Shown here in pieces: positions 1-11,660 of a stretch of 64,000 nt of DNA. Both the position numbers and the translations under genes were made by a program. How positions within the stretch are numbered: the stretch's first letter is position 1; each line of letters opens with the position of its first letter. The notes under the pieces were generated by a model. That model saw only the letters and a list, made by a program, of their open reading frames with translations. It was not told the DNA's origin and made no database searches. Origin of the DNA: Tubiluchus corallicola (Eukaryota; Animalia; Priapulida); the NCBI GenBank assembly GCA_030141605.1, contig JAQGDQ010000689.1, positions 47,979 to 111,978 on the forward strand. Reading direction: 5' to 3'.

Positions 1-1366
1 GTTTTGTTTCTCTCGGAAGGCTCGTAGAGAAAACCAGAAAACACTTCGTCAAATTAAACTAGTTTATTAAGCGAGAATTCTACAACACAAAAATATGAAG
101 GCATGCGAAATTATTACAGTAAACGTGAAAATCTGGAAAACGTTTGAGTGTATCTGAAAATACAGGTATACAAGAGAATGTGTAAGTGGCGTCCGTGTGA
201 ATCTGCGTGCTCCCGTCTCAGCAGCCTGCTTTGCCTTATATAGGGTGCCCGAAAACCTTCTAGAAGTTTTGTTCCAGAACATTCTACACGGTAAGACGAT
301 TATTCCAACGGAGCATTCTACAATGTTCCATATAATTCTAATAGATGCCAGCGATCTCCACAACATTGAGCAACATTTATAATCCTGTCAAAGTCAAACT
401 ACACCTTCACTATAACATAAGCTTTTACAACTTAAAACCCTACACCCATTACAAATATTCAATTTATTTCATCATAATTTCAGTGTAAAAGCTTCTTGCT
501 TATTAGGTTTTTTATCACTTCATTGCTAGCGGCATTAAATTTCGTTGTCATTTTTCGTTGAATTACGTTCTGCATACAGTCAGGAGGTCACCAAAGATCG
601 TAAACAAACAACGATAACCAAAGATGCTTTCTGTACTACGCGTGTCATTCTCGCTCACTAGCACAAAAGAGGTAAAACACGGCGATCTTTACAGCAAGGC
701 ACAAGCTCTATTTTCCCAGAAAAAGGCAAGTATTAAGGCCAGTGTGAACCTGACTTAATAAATTTTAATTTTGTAGCAAAGGTGGCTCCCTCTAGTTAAA
801 AAGTTTAAAGTGTGGGCACTGACCTAGTTATGTTTGTCATTACACTGTTGTGTTGAATGAGTGAGCGTGTCTTGTACAAGCTAGTGAAATCTTTCATTTA
901 GATATATCCCGCAACGATGTAAGTTTACTTCTATTAATTTTTATTTTGATTTATTCACTGATATTTATGAATGGACTAAACTATGTAACAATCTAACTAA
1001 ATTAGCCAATGTCAGTCACCTTTGCCTTTCTATTTTTTTGTGTTAAATGTTGCAGAAATCAGTGATTTATATGAAAATTCAACTGAGACTTTAGAAGTTG
1101 TTATAAATGGCTCTCAGAGACACTAACAGTAAGTTATTTAATTTATAAGCCTCTTTTGTTTGACAATGACTATCAATTCTTTGTGTAACCATAAAAAACT
1201 TCATTGACTGTTAAGTTATATAATTTACTCCGTAGATTCTACACGAGCTTGAAAACCGGCACAGTGCTTTTCGGCAACGTCTCGCGAACTTCTAAAAAGT
1301 TCTAGTTATTTTTTTGAACGCCGACCGTCGGTGTACCCCCGGAACTTACCTCAGCCTAACGTACCA

Positions 1367-4300
1367 CTATTTGTTGTCAGAACGCTCGTTTTCCAACTCT
1401 CCCGGATTAGTGGTTTCAGTCACATGATCACATTTGTCTGTCACGAATTCTGCATCTTTCTCAAGTGTATCTTCTAAGGACAACTCTAAAAAATACATTG
1501 AAAATAAACTCTGTATTTTAAGAACAAGAGAAAAGGGGTACCTGAACTCGGTTTCAGAAAAATCGCCTTAAAAAACTATATTGCTTTACATGAATTTTAT
1601 GGGTGTATTCTTACTCGCGTTGAAAGGATTTTTTTATTTTCATTTTACATCTCCCGCGACATTGTTCCAACAGCGCCATTACATGACGTCATATACACAC
1701 AACGCAAATCAAGGGAAGAAAAGGAAATTTTAAATTATGTCCTAAAAAACTTTCCATGCAAATCTATATTACTCAGATTTTCGCTTACCTGCTAGAAAGA
1801 CTTATGTAAGTAGAACAGAAAATTATTAATTATTTAAATGTTTTCACCAATTTGTAAAATGTCGCTGACTCACCCTCCAGGATGCACCACTCATTAACCA
1901 AAAACGTATTTTTAATCTTATTGACAAGATACAGTAATTTTAAATTTACTTTAGTTAGTGACTTGTGCGCTACGAATGCTCTGACTACTTTTGTCATTAC
2001 TGTTACAGACATGAGGTGGACAGTAAAACTTATGCACAACAACTACTGTAATGTAAAAATCTCATTTCGTTGCGTAAGTAGCATTTTTCATTTGGTAAAC
2101 CTCCAATATCAGTGCATCATACGCGCATGAGAATCGGATTTTCTCAGCTAAACTATGACCTTTTCTCTAAAGGCTGTAAAGATAATAACGGTCATCCAAT
2201 ATTGACGAATTGTAACTGTGGATTTCGATTTGAGTCTGTTGAACACTTTTTGTTGCACTGCCCATTGTATCAACTAGCTAGGGTTGTTATGTTTGATAAA
2301 CTAAATGAAATACTTCTGCCCGAAAGGCTTAATATAGCTGCCTTAGGAACTAATGATCTGTTGAAGTTGTTATTATTCGGAAAAGATGAATTTAACTATG
2401 TTACTAACTGTAAAATATTCCAATGCATACATGACTTTATATTACGTACTAAACGCTTCCAGTAGTTTCTATCTGATATGAAATGCATCAATCTTAAATA
2501 ATCGTACATTAATATTTTCTAACTGTCATTTTTTACTAATGTCTAATGTATCACTGTAGTAAAACTTTAGCAGACTAAAGTATACTAAAAACTAAGTATA
2601 ATCAATTCTTACTGTAAATGTTCTTGTAAATAATGTATAAAGTCTGTTGTGGTGAGGATCTTAAAACATGTTGTACAAACTGTCTGATCCAATCCTAAAT
2701 AAATTATGTTTAAACTAAACTAACTAATGTACTAAACTAATTTTCTTATAAAATACATTTTTTGTCCCTTGCTATAAATATCTGGTTAGTTTTTTACATG
2801 AATGCAACCTTTTTTTTAAAATCGAACTGATTTTCACATTTACTGTGCAGAATTTGTGTCTAGCAAGAGCTCTTAAATAGATGTACTTCACTTAAGACAT
2901 TGGAAAAACTTTAGAAGGATCCCATTTCAGCTTCTCCTGAAACGTCCGAAATACTTTTGTGGCAAACTGGATGCAGTCTGTTTCCTTGGTAACAATCAGT
3001 AATGAGATGATTTTGCACTAGAAATTTTGTTCTTTAAGAAAGGGCATCACGGGACGACAATTGTACGTTCTGTGAAGAATGACACACATGCATTTTGCCA
3101 TTCACTAGTTAGACGGGCACTAGCGCCTGCATTTCAGAAACGCATTACACAAAAAACAGGGGCTGTACCTCTCAGTTCACATGTGTTAGTTTATGATTAA
3201 ACTACAAAAAAGGTGCTGTATCTATCAGCTGTAGGAGATTGTCTATGACAGTTTATGGTTTTTCAAATATTGTGACTCACTAGACATTATGTTAGAGTTA
3301 GGCCGGAAATAGAAATATTTCTGTTTCCGCCTGGGTAATTTTTTTCATCCAGCCGGGAATTTCATTATTGTTAACCACTGGGCAATAAACTAACTTTGAT
3401 TTGAACTGAATTTAAATATTCTACAATAAAGCTTTAAACATTCATTAAAATTCAGAGTTTTACCTTGTTCAGAATCTTCAGTCTTTTCTGAGAGTAGCAC
3501 ACGTTGCATACAAAGTTTCTTTCGTGTGCGACCAAAATACGATAAGTTTTTCTGAGCTTTGTTGCCTGCCTGACTTCCATCTGAAAAGCATCATATCAAA
3601 TCGAATAAAAATTTTTTTTCGTGTCCGAGTTTGTGTGTAAAAAGCCGCATAGGGAAAAGCTGGGAAGAAGAAGAAGTTTGTGTGTAGAAAGCCGCATAGG
3701 GAAAAGCTGGGAAGAAGAAGAAGTTTGTGTGTAGAAAGCCGCATAGGGAAAAGCTGGGAAGAAGAAGAAGTTTGTGTGTAGAAAGCTTATATTCACATTG
3801 TTTCAGAGTATGCTTCTGTTACTCGAAGCCTTTCGATAAATCAAACTGAAATTGCCAGTACAGACAAGAAAATTCAACCGAAACTATCCGTAAGTCGTCA
3901 CAGTTAAAACTACGTTATGATGCTTCAAAGTAGAATGCACCAAAGATTTGGTCAAAAGTCAATTTTTTGTTTTTTTAAAAAGCAAACCCGAAATGTATTG
4001 GACTTTTACATATTCCAGCATCAAGAAAATGTTCAAAAATTACCAAAAAACCAAATTTTATAACCCCGTACTCATTTTTCTGCCTAAGAACTAGTACTGC
4101 AATTAAGAAAAACTTCCCGTAGCACCTCATGGAAGCAATCGTTTTGCTTGCTGGTTTTAGCACTAAGTTTTAATGTTAAACTCTGATTGTAGCTCATGGA
4201 AGCAATCGTTTTGCTTGCTGGTTTTAGCACCAAGTTTTAATGTTATTGCAAGTCCGACTTGGACGTCTTTTTGTGCCACACGGTATAATATATTATTTCA

Positions 4301-6421
4301 ACCTCTGATTGCAGCTCGTGGAAGCAGTCATTTTGCTTCAGATTTTTTCTGTTGCCAAGCTCAGATTTTCGCCAGGAAGAGCCATCTACCGTACTCAAAC
4401 GCAACTTCAACGTGTTCTTGAAGAGTTCATAGCAACCAACATTCGTGGGGTGGCTAAGTGTTTTGTAGAAACGCAACAAAAAACCACAGCTGACCTCAAC
4501 AGCGTTTTCTCAAGATTGCACAGCTTGCGCCTCAACTTGAACGTGGATCTCAGCTTAGAAATAGCATAGAGTGATGAACTTGGTATCAAAATGACCCTCA
4601 CGAAATAGAGATTCAGGATACGTGAAAAAAACAATGGCTAACTTGCACAATGATTTTCTCAAGGCTATGTTTTTCAGTGTGCAGCCTGCACCTCAACTTG
4701 AACATGGATCTCAGCTTAGAAATAACATAGAGTGAAGAACTTGGTGTCAAAATGATCCTCATGAAATGGAGATTCAGGATATTAGAATAACTAGAAAACC
4801 TTAATTGCCGACTTACGAACGATTTTGCTATGCAAGCAGATATGTTAAAAATAAAGTTTTCGCAAAAATCAGAGCCTACAAAATTTCAAAATTTACACGA
4901 ATTACAGGCCCACAATCTGGTTAGTCTGGTTCCCAGAAATAAGCGAATTTACCGTTATTTTCAGAAAAGAACACAGCTGTACCAACAACATCTTCATAAT
5001 GCCCAGTGAACACTTGATTACCAACTTGAATAACTGGCTGCGACGTGTCCAAACCCTGTAATAATAATGATTATTGATTGGTAAAACAAACAAAAACAAA
5101 AACAAGTTGTTTGGGCTTTCAAAATCAAACTTGAAGCTAGATTACATTTTGCTCTTTCTTCCTTCTTTATTTACCAAAACGTATCATTCCATCTAAACAA
5201 AACCATAAAAAATGACAAAAAATAAATAACACTAGCCAAAAGTCAATTTTACATAATTCAGAGTTTCACACTGCACCGTCGCATTAATCAATAAATAGAT
5301 GTTATCTAATAGTAGGCAATCTGAAAAAAGAGTTGTGCAAAGTAAGGAAAGAAGCGACGGATAAGAGAATGTTCAAAAGGGTAAGAAGAGTGGCTTGTGG
5401 AGATTCGGCTCATGAGATTACGAAGCACTCTGGATTCTACTGCAAAAGGGCAGGAAGTTGTGACTGTTGTGTCACACAGGAACAGTAGGTGGTTATCAAG
5501 ACTCAGTTTATATAAGAAGGAATACTTGTGCTTTAATTAATATGCTACTAATATTTAGAAAAAAAGTTATAGGAAAAAAATTAAGAACTACATAAAAAGC
5601 TACTCCCTCCCACCAGGTATACTCACTAAAATTTTGCACTTCGGTTCACATTTGTTAAGGTAGTCATTGTTTATGATACCAGACAGTTCAACCAAGACAA
5701 GCATTTCCTGAAACATGGCGGAATTTATTATGCAAAACAGACAGTCTTGTGAATAAAACATTTTACAACACAGTGACGCTCTATAAAATTAAAAGTAGTT
5801 TTTGTAAAGTTTTCAGCTAAAACTTCTTAACAACCAAGTCACAAATGTTTTCATCAACTTCCATCGTACGCCAATAACTAACCAAAAATGTTTTTTATTC
5901 TTATTGACACGATACAGTAATTTGGTATTTTACTTATTTAGTAGGCCTAACATGTATGTTACAAATGATCTGATCATTTTTTAAACTTTATTCAGTGTTA
6001 TTTAAACTTGATTAGGTAACAATGAATTATATAAGCGGCCTACAATTTCAAGACGAATATTTTAATATTTCCCAAGGGTTTTCTTGTGCTTGAAAACTCT
6101 AGCACAATATTAACTATAATTACAATGACGCATGCTTGTCCAAGCTTACCATCGCCACCGATTACATTGCCATTAAGATGAAGTTGATGGCCGTCAATAA
6201 GTATCATCAAATTTTTTGTTATAATTTAACTCACCATTTGGTTAACCAAGCTAAATACAAGTAGCAGTAATACGCTAAAACTAGCCGAAGAAATGAAAAT
6301 ACTGTGAGATACGGCAGATACCGTAAATTACCTCGTCTTCTTTTGAACCATTTTCATCCATCCGTCCAGTGCCTAAATCCTTTTTATATCCTTTTGTTTC
6401 ACTACTGGAACAATCCGCCAT
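1367..6421 (-). CDS. GTF3C6: General transcription factor IIIC subunit 6 (TFIIIC35), 5 coding exons, ~169 aa
   Basis: Exons complement(6332..6421, 5627..5707, 4953..5055, 3464..3580, 1367..1485), all GT-AG with compatible phases (0,0,1,1). Translation EMLVLVELSGIINNDYLNKCEPKCKIL-GLDTSQPVIQVGNQVFTGHYEDVVGTAVFFSENN...YFGRTRKKLCMQRVLLSEK closely matches what I recall of vertebrate GTF3C6 (LVLVELSGII...CKVLGIDT..PILQV..VF.GEYED..GT.V.F). The acidic last exon is the least certain. Confidence 0.88.
1521..2006. mobile_element. Non-autonomous DNA-transposon-like dispersed repeat (possibly Kolobok-like, TTAA-flanked)
   Basis: Inverted homologous copy at ~51120-51656, ending in ttgttct|ttaa; another partial copy at ~5870-6060; possible right end ttgttct|ttaa at ~3033. 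Confidence 0.5.
2007..2730 (+). mobile_element. 5'-truncated LINE fragment (ORF2 C-terminus plus 3' UTR) in GTF3C6 intron 4
   Basis: ORF 2112..2465 HTRMRIGFSQLN..CNCG..ESVEHFLLHCPLY resembles the post-RT C-terminal region of non-LTR elements; ends with AATAAA and a (TAAAC)n-like tail at ~2700-2730. Confidence 0.7.
3628..3786 (+). repeat. 47-bp tandem repeat (3 units) made of an RTE 3' tail plus target sequence
   Basis: Period 47 (gtttg at 3629, 3676, 3723, 3770); ccgcatagggaaaagctg(g/a)gaagaagaaga matches the 3' end of the RTE at 49986-50020 (reverse complement). Confidence 0.85.
3885..4790. mobile_element. Unclassified dispersed repeat with internal duplications
   Basis: 3907-4450 is similar to 23970-24345 (aactacgttatgatg..tcaaagtagaa..ataaccccgtac..gagccatctac); internal duplications at 4125/4193 and 4525/4685. 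Confidence 0.55.
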
Positions 6422-6500
6422 GCTGTATGATTGATGAGTGATCGCGTAGAAGGACGGACAGGATTTGTCGTCACTTTTAACGATTTCTGCTATTGCCATC
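6422..6500. promoter_or_regulatory. Compact bidirectional promoter region between GTF3C6 and TEX264
   Basis: Divergent ATGs at 6421 (-) and 6501 (+) with 79 bp between them. Confidence 0.65.
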
Positions 6501-7514
6501 ATGGAGGTTGAAATGATTATTTTAGTTATCATCGTTTTATTATTAATTTTGTTGGGTTTGACAGTTCTGGCTTTGCTGTCGTACTATGGTTTGTTTCACG
6601 AAATCAAGTTCGGCGCCGGAAAACCTCCAATACGCAATGTGGAGGTGGCATACAAAGCTGGCACAGGTCCTTATAGTTATAATAATGCAGGGAAATTGTT
6701 TTGCCAGCTTGCTCGACATAGAACAACTCAAAGAACAATTGGAGTGTACTATGACGACCCAAAGCAGGCATGTCCTACGTTTTTGTTTTATTCCGCCTTT
6801 TTGTGTTAGCTGATTTTTAAATTCCATACATTACAAAGCAGAGGTTGCATTGCTAGTCTTGATAATATAATTTTATTTTGGAATGTCTATACTGTAGTAT
6901 TTTAAATTTTTTATAAAAATCAGAAGAATGTTTACAATTCTACTATTATTCAGGATTCAACAAGGAAGTTACTGGCAAATGATGAGTCATAACTGAAAAA
7001 CAAAGAAACAATGAGTTAATACAATTTCAAAATTTGACTCTCAGTACCCGCTAATTATGTGATGATGGTAAATTCACTATTTGATTCTAATACATGAATA
7101 ATCACCTTGAAAGATAATTAATGACCCCCTTACTATTTTCAGGTTGCTGCTCATAAGCTGCGTTTTCTTGCTGGCATGATTCTTGCCGAAGGTGACGAGG
7201 AACCGGACGAATCTCTCAAGGAAACTCTGAAGGCCGACGGCTATTCGTTCTGTAGCTTTCCGTCTTTGACCCACGCTGTCACTACCACATTTCCAAACAA
7301 GGGCCTGCTGTCCATATTCATGGCCGCGACGCGAGTTTATCCGAAAATCTTCGAATATGTACAGGCATGCAATATTTGTTTCATTGTTCAAATTTTGCCA
7401 TTTGCAAGTGGTGTAGTTAATTGAGAAATTGCACATGTATTTTATGGGACTGTATTGATACACTTAGGGCTCAATATGATACGTATCATGATACGCCCGA
7501 GTCAACGTCTACAG

Positions 7515-7991
7515 CAGGGGTGTGCAAATTATCTGACTAGTCGGGCCACATTAAACTTTCCCACAATTCCTGTGGGCCACAGGCAGTTTGATCAAGGAGC
7601 CAAGTACAGTATGACCTAATAACGATTTTTTTGCATCCAACCTGCGTACATCATTACTACTACACTCAAGAAACTATTTTAGAAGTTATTAAAATTTATA
7701 TTACAAACCATATATTTCTACTTTCAGGACAGATAGTGGTAATTTCATTACAATGCATATTAGTAATGTGTATCACACAGTCTGTGTAGTACAGTGACAT
7801 TAAGCTACTACCGTCTTGTAAGGGTTAATGGCATCCGATCTAGTAGAAAAAACTAACCGCACTATCTTTGGGATCGTGGCACGGACTTCAGCTGGATACA
7901 CTCAATTAATCGCCCGGGCCGCACTTTCTTTACGTTGACAAATCTCTTTGCGGGCCGCAAGTGGACGAGGGCCGCAGTTTGCACACCCCTG
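7515..7991. mobile_element. hAT-type MITE in TEX264 copy 1 intron 2
   Basis: TIRs caggggtgtgcaaa / tttgcacacccctg; 8-bp TSD gtctacag (7507-7514, 7992-7999); single empty site gtctacag in copy 2 at 20329-20336. Confidence 0.92.
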
Positions 7992-8658
7992 GTCTACAGG
8001 ATAAAAAACTAGATGATGCCATTGACAAAAATGCTAAACTTACTTTATCAGTCAACAGTTTTAGGAATACTGCCTGCCACATCAGTCTAGTAATTCTGTT
8101 GTTTCACATGGACTTTACTTAATTATGCATTAATTTTTGGATAGAGTGATTTACTGGCAGGATCTTACTTAGGAACAAGAAAAAATGAACTAGGTAAGTT
8201 TCTAGCTAGCTGGTAAAACTGTTACTGTTATAACAGCATGGGCTGCGAGGCATTGTCAAGTGTACGCAAATGCGTTGTCTGGTACACTTAACCTCTGACC
8301 TTTTCACAATTATCGTCAGTCACCGCATACAGCTTGAGTCATAGAACCCTAAATTCACATCAATTCAGTACTGAACTTTAGCTATGCAACTCATGTAAGT
8401 CTTAAAATGCATGTAGCTTGCTCAGAACTTCAGCTTTCACTTTCATACAGTCACTTGTTAAGAAACCTAAATCTTAATTTAAACATCGAAATTGTTTTTC
8501 TGTTCAGAAGTCATTGTTTTTACATTGTTTTTACAATGGCTGTTTATCAGCAACAATTCACTGTGCTTTATCTTGGCAGGCATTATAACGGGGTATTTTA
8601 TTATGTAAAATGGACTCTTGGCACAGCAGATATGTTGCCGGATGTTTTTAGGCAAAGT

Positions 8659-8996
8659 TGTAGTAAGGAGGACCTGTTAAATTATGTTAAAAGCATTAGA
8701 TTATAGTAGATAATTATGTTGATGAATGCTGGCATGAAGCCCAGTTAATGAGTGGTGTCACGTGAGTAAGTGATTCAGAACCGAAGCGTCGAAGCTCGGC
8801 GCACGATATATAAGCCTTGTGATGCGCCCAGCTCAGGGATTGAGTCTGGGAGCTGAAGGAGAGCAGGCTAGATCAGGGGGCTTGGCATTACTATCTGTTA
8901 TATTTATTGTGTTTGATGTTCAATAAACGTGTAGTTTTATAATCAGACTCTTCATAGTTTTGCCATCTCTAAATCATTAATAATAAGCTATATACA
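8659..8996 (+). mobile_element. Possible solo LTR (also present in copy 2 at ~21034-21364)
   Basis: TG...CA ends, internal TATA-like gatatataag and AATAAA; no clear TSD. Confidence 0.35.
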
Positions 8997-9335
8997 ACCA
9001 ATTCAACGAATTATTTTACTGTTATCGGTATTCCCTATATTTGATATGTCATGGTTGGTATTCCCTATATTTGATATGTCATGGAAATCGGGCAACACTT
9101 GATGTTATGCTGAGGCTGGCGGTATAGCGGGGTTTGACTGTACCAATAAAACACGTCTTATTTTTAGGAGCATCAACTATGTGCACATCCCATGATTGAA
9201 ATCTACGTCGGCGACACGATACATTTCATGGCTCCGTTGTCGAAACACGACGAATTCTACGTCCCCGAGGTGAAAGAGATAAGCGAAAGCGAAGGGGACG
9301 ACTCCGAGAATGTGGAAGAGGACGGAGGCGACGTT

Positions 9336-9537
9336 TGTGCGGCCCGTGAACCGACTCGTCAACCTAATGAAAGTGCGGCCCCGGGTGACTAATTGAGTGT
9401 ATCCAGCTGAAGTCCGTACCACGATCCAAAAGATAGTGCGGGTAGTTTTTTCTGCTAGATCGGATGCCATTAACCCTTACAAGACGGTTGTAGCTTAATG
9501 TCAATGTACTACACAGACTGTGTGATACACACTACTC
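9336..9537 (-). mobile_element. Inverted fragment of the same hAT MITE family at the TEX264 copy 1 breakpoint
   Basis: Reverse complement of ~7762-7960 (gctgaagtccgt, gatcggatgccattaacccttacaagacgg, actacacagactgtgtgatacac). Confidence 0.85.
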
Positions 9538-9630
9538 ATATCATTTTATTTATTGTTTATTTATGTGTACAATATTGTATTTTGATGTGTAAAATAAAAT
9601 TCATAGTTCATAGTTCCGTCTTTCTTTTAA

Positions 9631-9661
<31 letters not shown>

Positions 9662-10049
9662 TCTTTCTTTCTAAGAGAGGGAGGGAGAGAAAAATCAATA
9701 AATCAATGAAAAATGCATTACTTTTTTACATAGTAGGTAGCCCATCACGCAGTCAGCTAGCCTCTTTCCTCAGGAAAAACAATAAAATTTTACTTACAAG
9801 AAAACTGAACAGGCATTTGCAAGTACATAATGCTTATTGCTACAATTTTTTTCCTTTTCATGAAACGTTGACTAGTGGCTGCCAGCGCCAAGTACAGTGC
9901 TACAAATTGGAAAACTGGCGGAAGAACGCGATGAGCTAAAAAAGCTCAAGTTGACCAAGGGATTACCCAGAATAAAAATCACAGCAGTAAGCAGCAGTAC
10001 ACCTAAGCTTCCAAAAAAGCGAGGAGAAAGAGATCAGATGCCAAAACGA

Positions 10050-10691
10050 GTAGATTCAAGATTCAAGAGTTTTATTCATTTTCCACATTGCATCATTACA
10101 ATTAGCATTAAAATACAGATAATTTTCCATTTGAGTAAATATAAATATGAATAAATGCAATATTTTTAAGAAATTACATAATGCGGGATATACATGTGCA
10201 AATTTCATTACAGAATAATTTTTTGATGCATACAGTTTGAGCCTAAAAGCATAGCTTGACAGGCCAAACTGTATGTGGAAATCTTAAAAAAAAATGGGGG
10301 GGAGTAGTGAATGAAAGATGAAATGGAGCGAGAAACTAAGAAAAACTGTGATCATGGTTACAAAGTGTTCAGTATCCTGTTAAACATAGTCACGTTATAT
10401 TAAGATTACTGTAGCAAAAAATGCAGGTTATTACCATTATCAAATTGTGTTACTCTTTAATACTTTTGAAATATTTCTTTTCTGACAGTTTTTTTAAAAG
10501 TTAAAAGGGAGTGACTACATTTCAAATTGCGGCTTAGTCTGTTCCATAGGACTGGCCCCATATAGCTCATGAAGTGTTTCGCCATATTTGTTCTACAACG
10601 TCTTGGTATATATTCATTATGTCTGGTATTGTATTTTTTTACATTTATCTTGACTGGATTTTCAAAAAAAGTAGGAGTATTAACACGCCAG
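10050..10691 (-). mobile_element. Antisense 5'-truncated LINE fragment (ORF2 C-terminus, 3' UTR)
   Basis: ORF 10457..10699 with YNTR..SYMGPVLWNRL..FKK; on the minus strand AATAAA and a (TCTTGAA)n-like tail at ~10050-10078. Confidence 0.7.
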
Positions 10692-10772
10692 GTAAGCAAA
10701 ACGTCTGAAGATTTATGCCTAAATCGGGTCGAAAAGAATCCGAGAGTGATTAGTCACCAAACTGAGCAGCTG

Positions 10773-11603
10773 ATGCCTACACAACAAGGTGACAGAGAAA
10801 TGAGTGCTTGTAATACAGCGGAAATAACCTTGGATTCAGCATCTAATTTAGCTGGACAAGTGCAGCCTACTTCAGACATTCAAAAATTTGTAGAAGGTTT
10901 CCAGAAGCAACTGACGTTTATTAGTAGCAAAGTTGTGAGGATTGATGACCTTATGGGAGAACTTGCTGAGGTAACCAAGTCGCAAGATTTTCTAAGCCAC
11001 AAATTTGATGGTTTTCAAGAACAAGTGAACAAATATCAACAAGACATGGAACATTTGAGAGATGAAAACAAGGTACTGAAAACTACTGTTAAAACATTAC
11101 AAAACAGAATAAAAACTACCGAAAGTGAACTAGACAAACTAGAACAATATGAGCGTAGAGACACATTGGATATAGCTGGAATTCCTATAATTCCTCATGA
11201 AGTTACAAATGACATAGTGCTAAGTGTAGCCAGAAATATGGGAGTGGAAGTGCACCCGCAAGATATTAGTACATCATATAGATTGGCAGCACCTAAAAAT
11301 GGAGGGCCTCCACGAATTATTGTAAAATTCGCAAGACGTGACAAACGGGATGAACTTTATGGTGCTAGAAGAAATGCCGGAAGCACTAAAAATCTTGACT
11401 ATGCATCGTATACTGATAACCAGATCTACATCAACGAATCCTTGACTTCAACAAGGAGAAAACTACACAAACAATGTAGGGACTATGCTAAGGACCACAA
11501 AATGAAGTGCTGCTGGACAAAATACGGGAAAATGTTCTTGCGAAGAGATGATTCAAGCCAAGTCATTGAAATTCAATGTGAGGAGGACCTAGGTAAACTT
11601 TAA
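10773..11603 (+). CDS. LINE ORF1 protein (coiled coil, RRM-like, FP-protein-like C-terminal domain)
   Basis: LEQYERRDTLDIAGIP, PPRIIVKF, IYINESLT..WTKYGKMFLR motifs. Start placed at the ATG at 10773 because the region upstream of ~10692 belongs to an antisense LINE fragment. Confidence 0.75.
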   Translation: MPTQQGDREMSACNTAEITLDSASNLAGQVQPTSDIQKFVEGFQKQLTFISSKVVRIDDLMGELAEVTKSQDFLSHKFDGFQEQVNKYQQDMEHLRDENKVLKTTVKTLQNRIKTTESELDKLEQYERRDTLDIAGIPIIPHEVTNDIVLSVARNMGVEVHPQDISTSYRLAAPKNGGPPRIIVKFARRDKRDELYGARRNAGSTKNLDYASYTDNQIYINESLTSTRRKLHKQCRDYAKDHKMKCCWTKYGKMFLRRDDSSQVIEIQCEEDLGKL

Positions 11604-11660
11604 AACTCAACACAAGGTGTTATTGCATCACAAAATTTTATATTCTAGCATAATTAATTA

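Larger units (their letters stand above)
6501..9392 (+). pseudogene. TEX264: TEX264 partial duplicate (copy 1): exons 1-2 intact, exon 3 truncated at ~9335, no LIR exon
   Basis: Exons 6501..6767, 7143..7364 and 9168..9335, which then reads into MITE-derived sequence to a stop at 9392. N-terminal TM helix and GyrI-like motifs GVYYDDP, TTTFP, CAHPMIEIY, IHFMAPL, FYVPE. Could be an expressed truncated gene or supply 5' exons to copy 2. Confidence 0.75.

Noticed and set aside
10569-10772. Hydrophobic N-terminal extension of LINE ORF1
   Set aside because: 10569-10691 is the antisense strand of a separate LINE fragment, open by chance.
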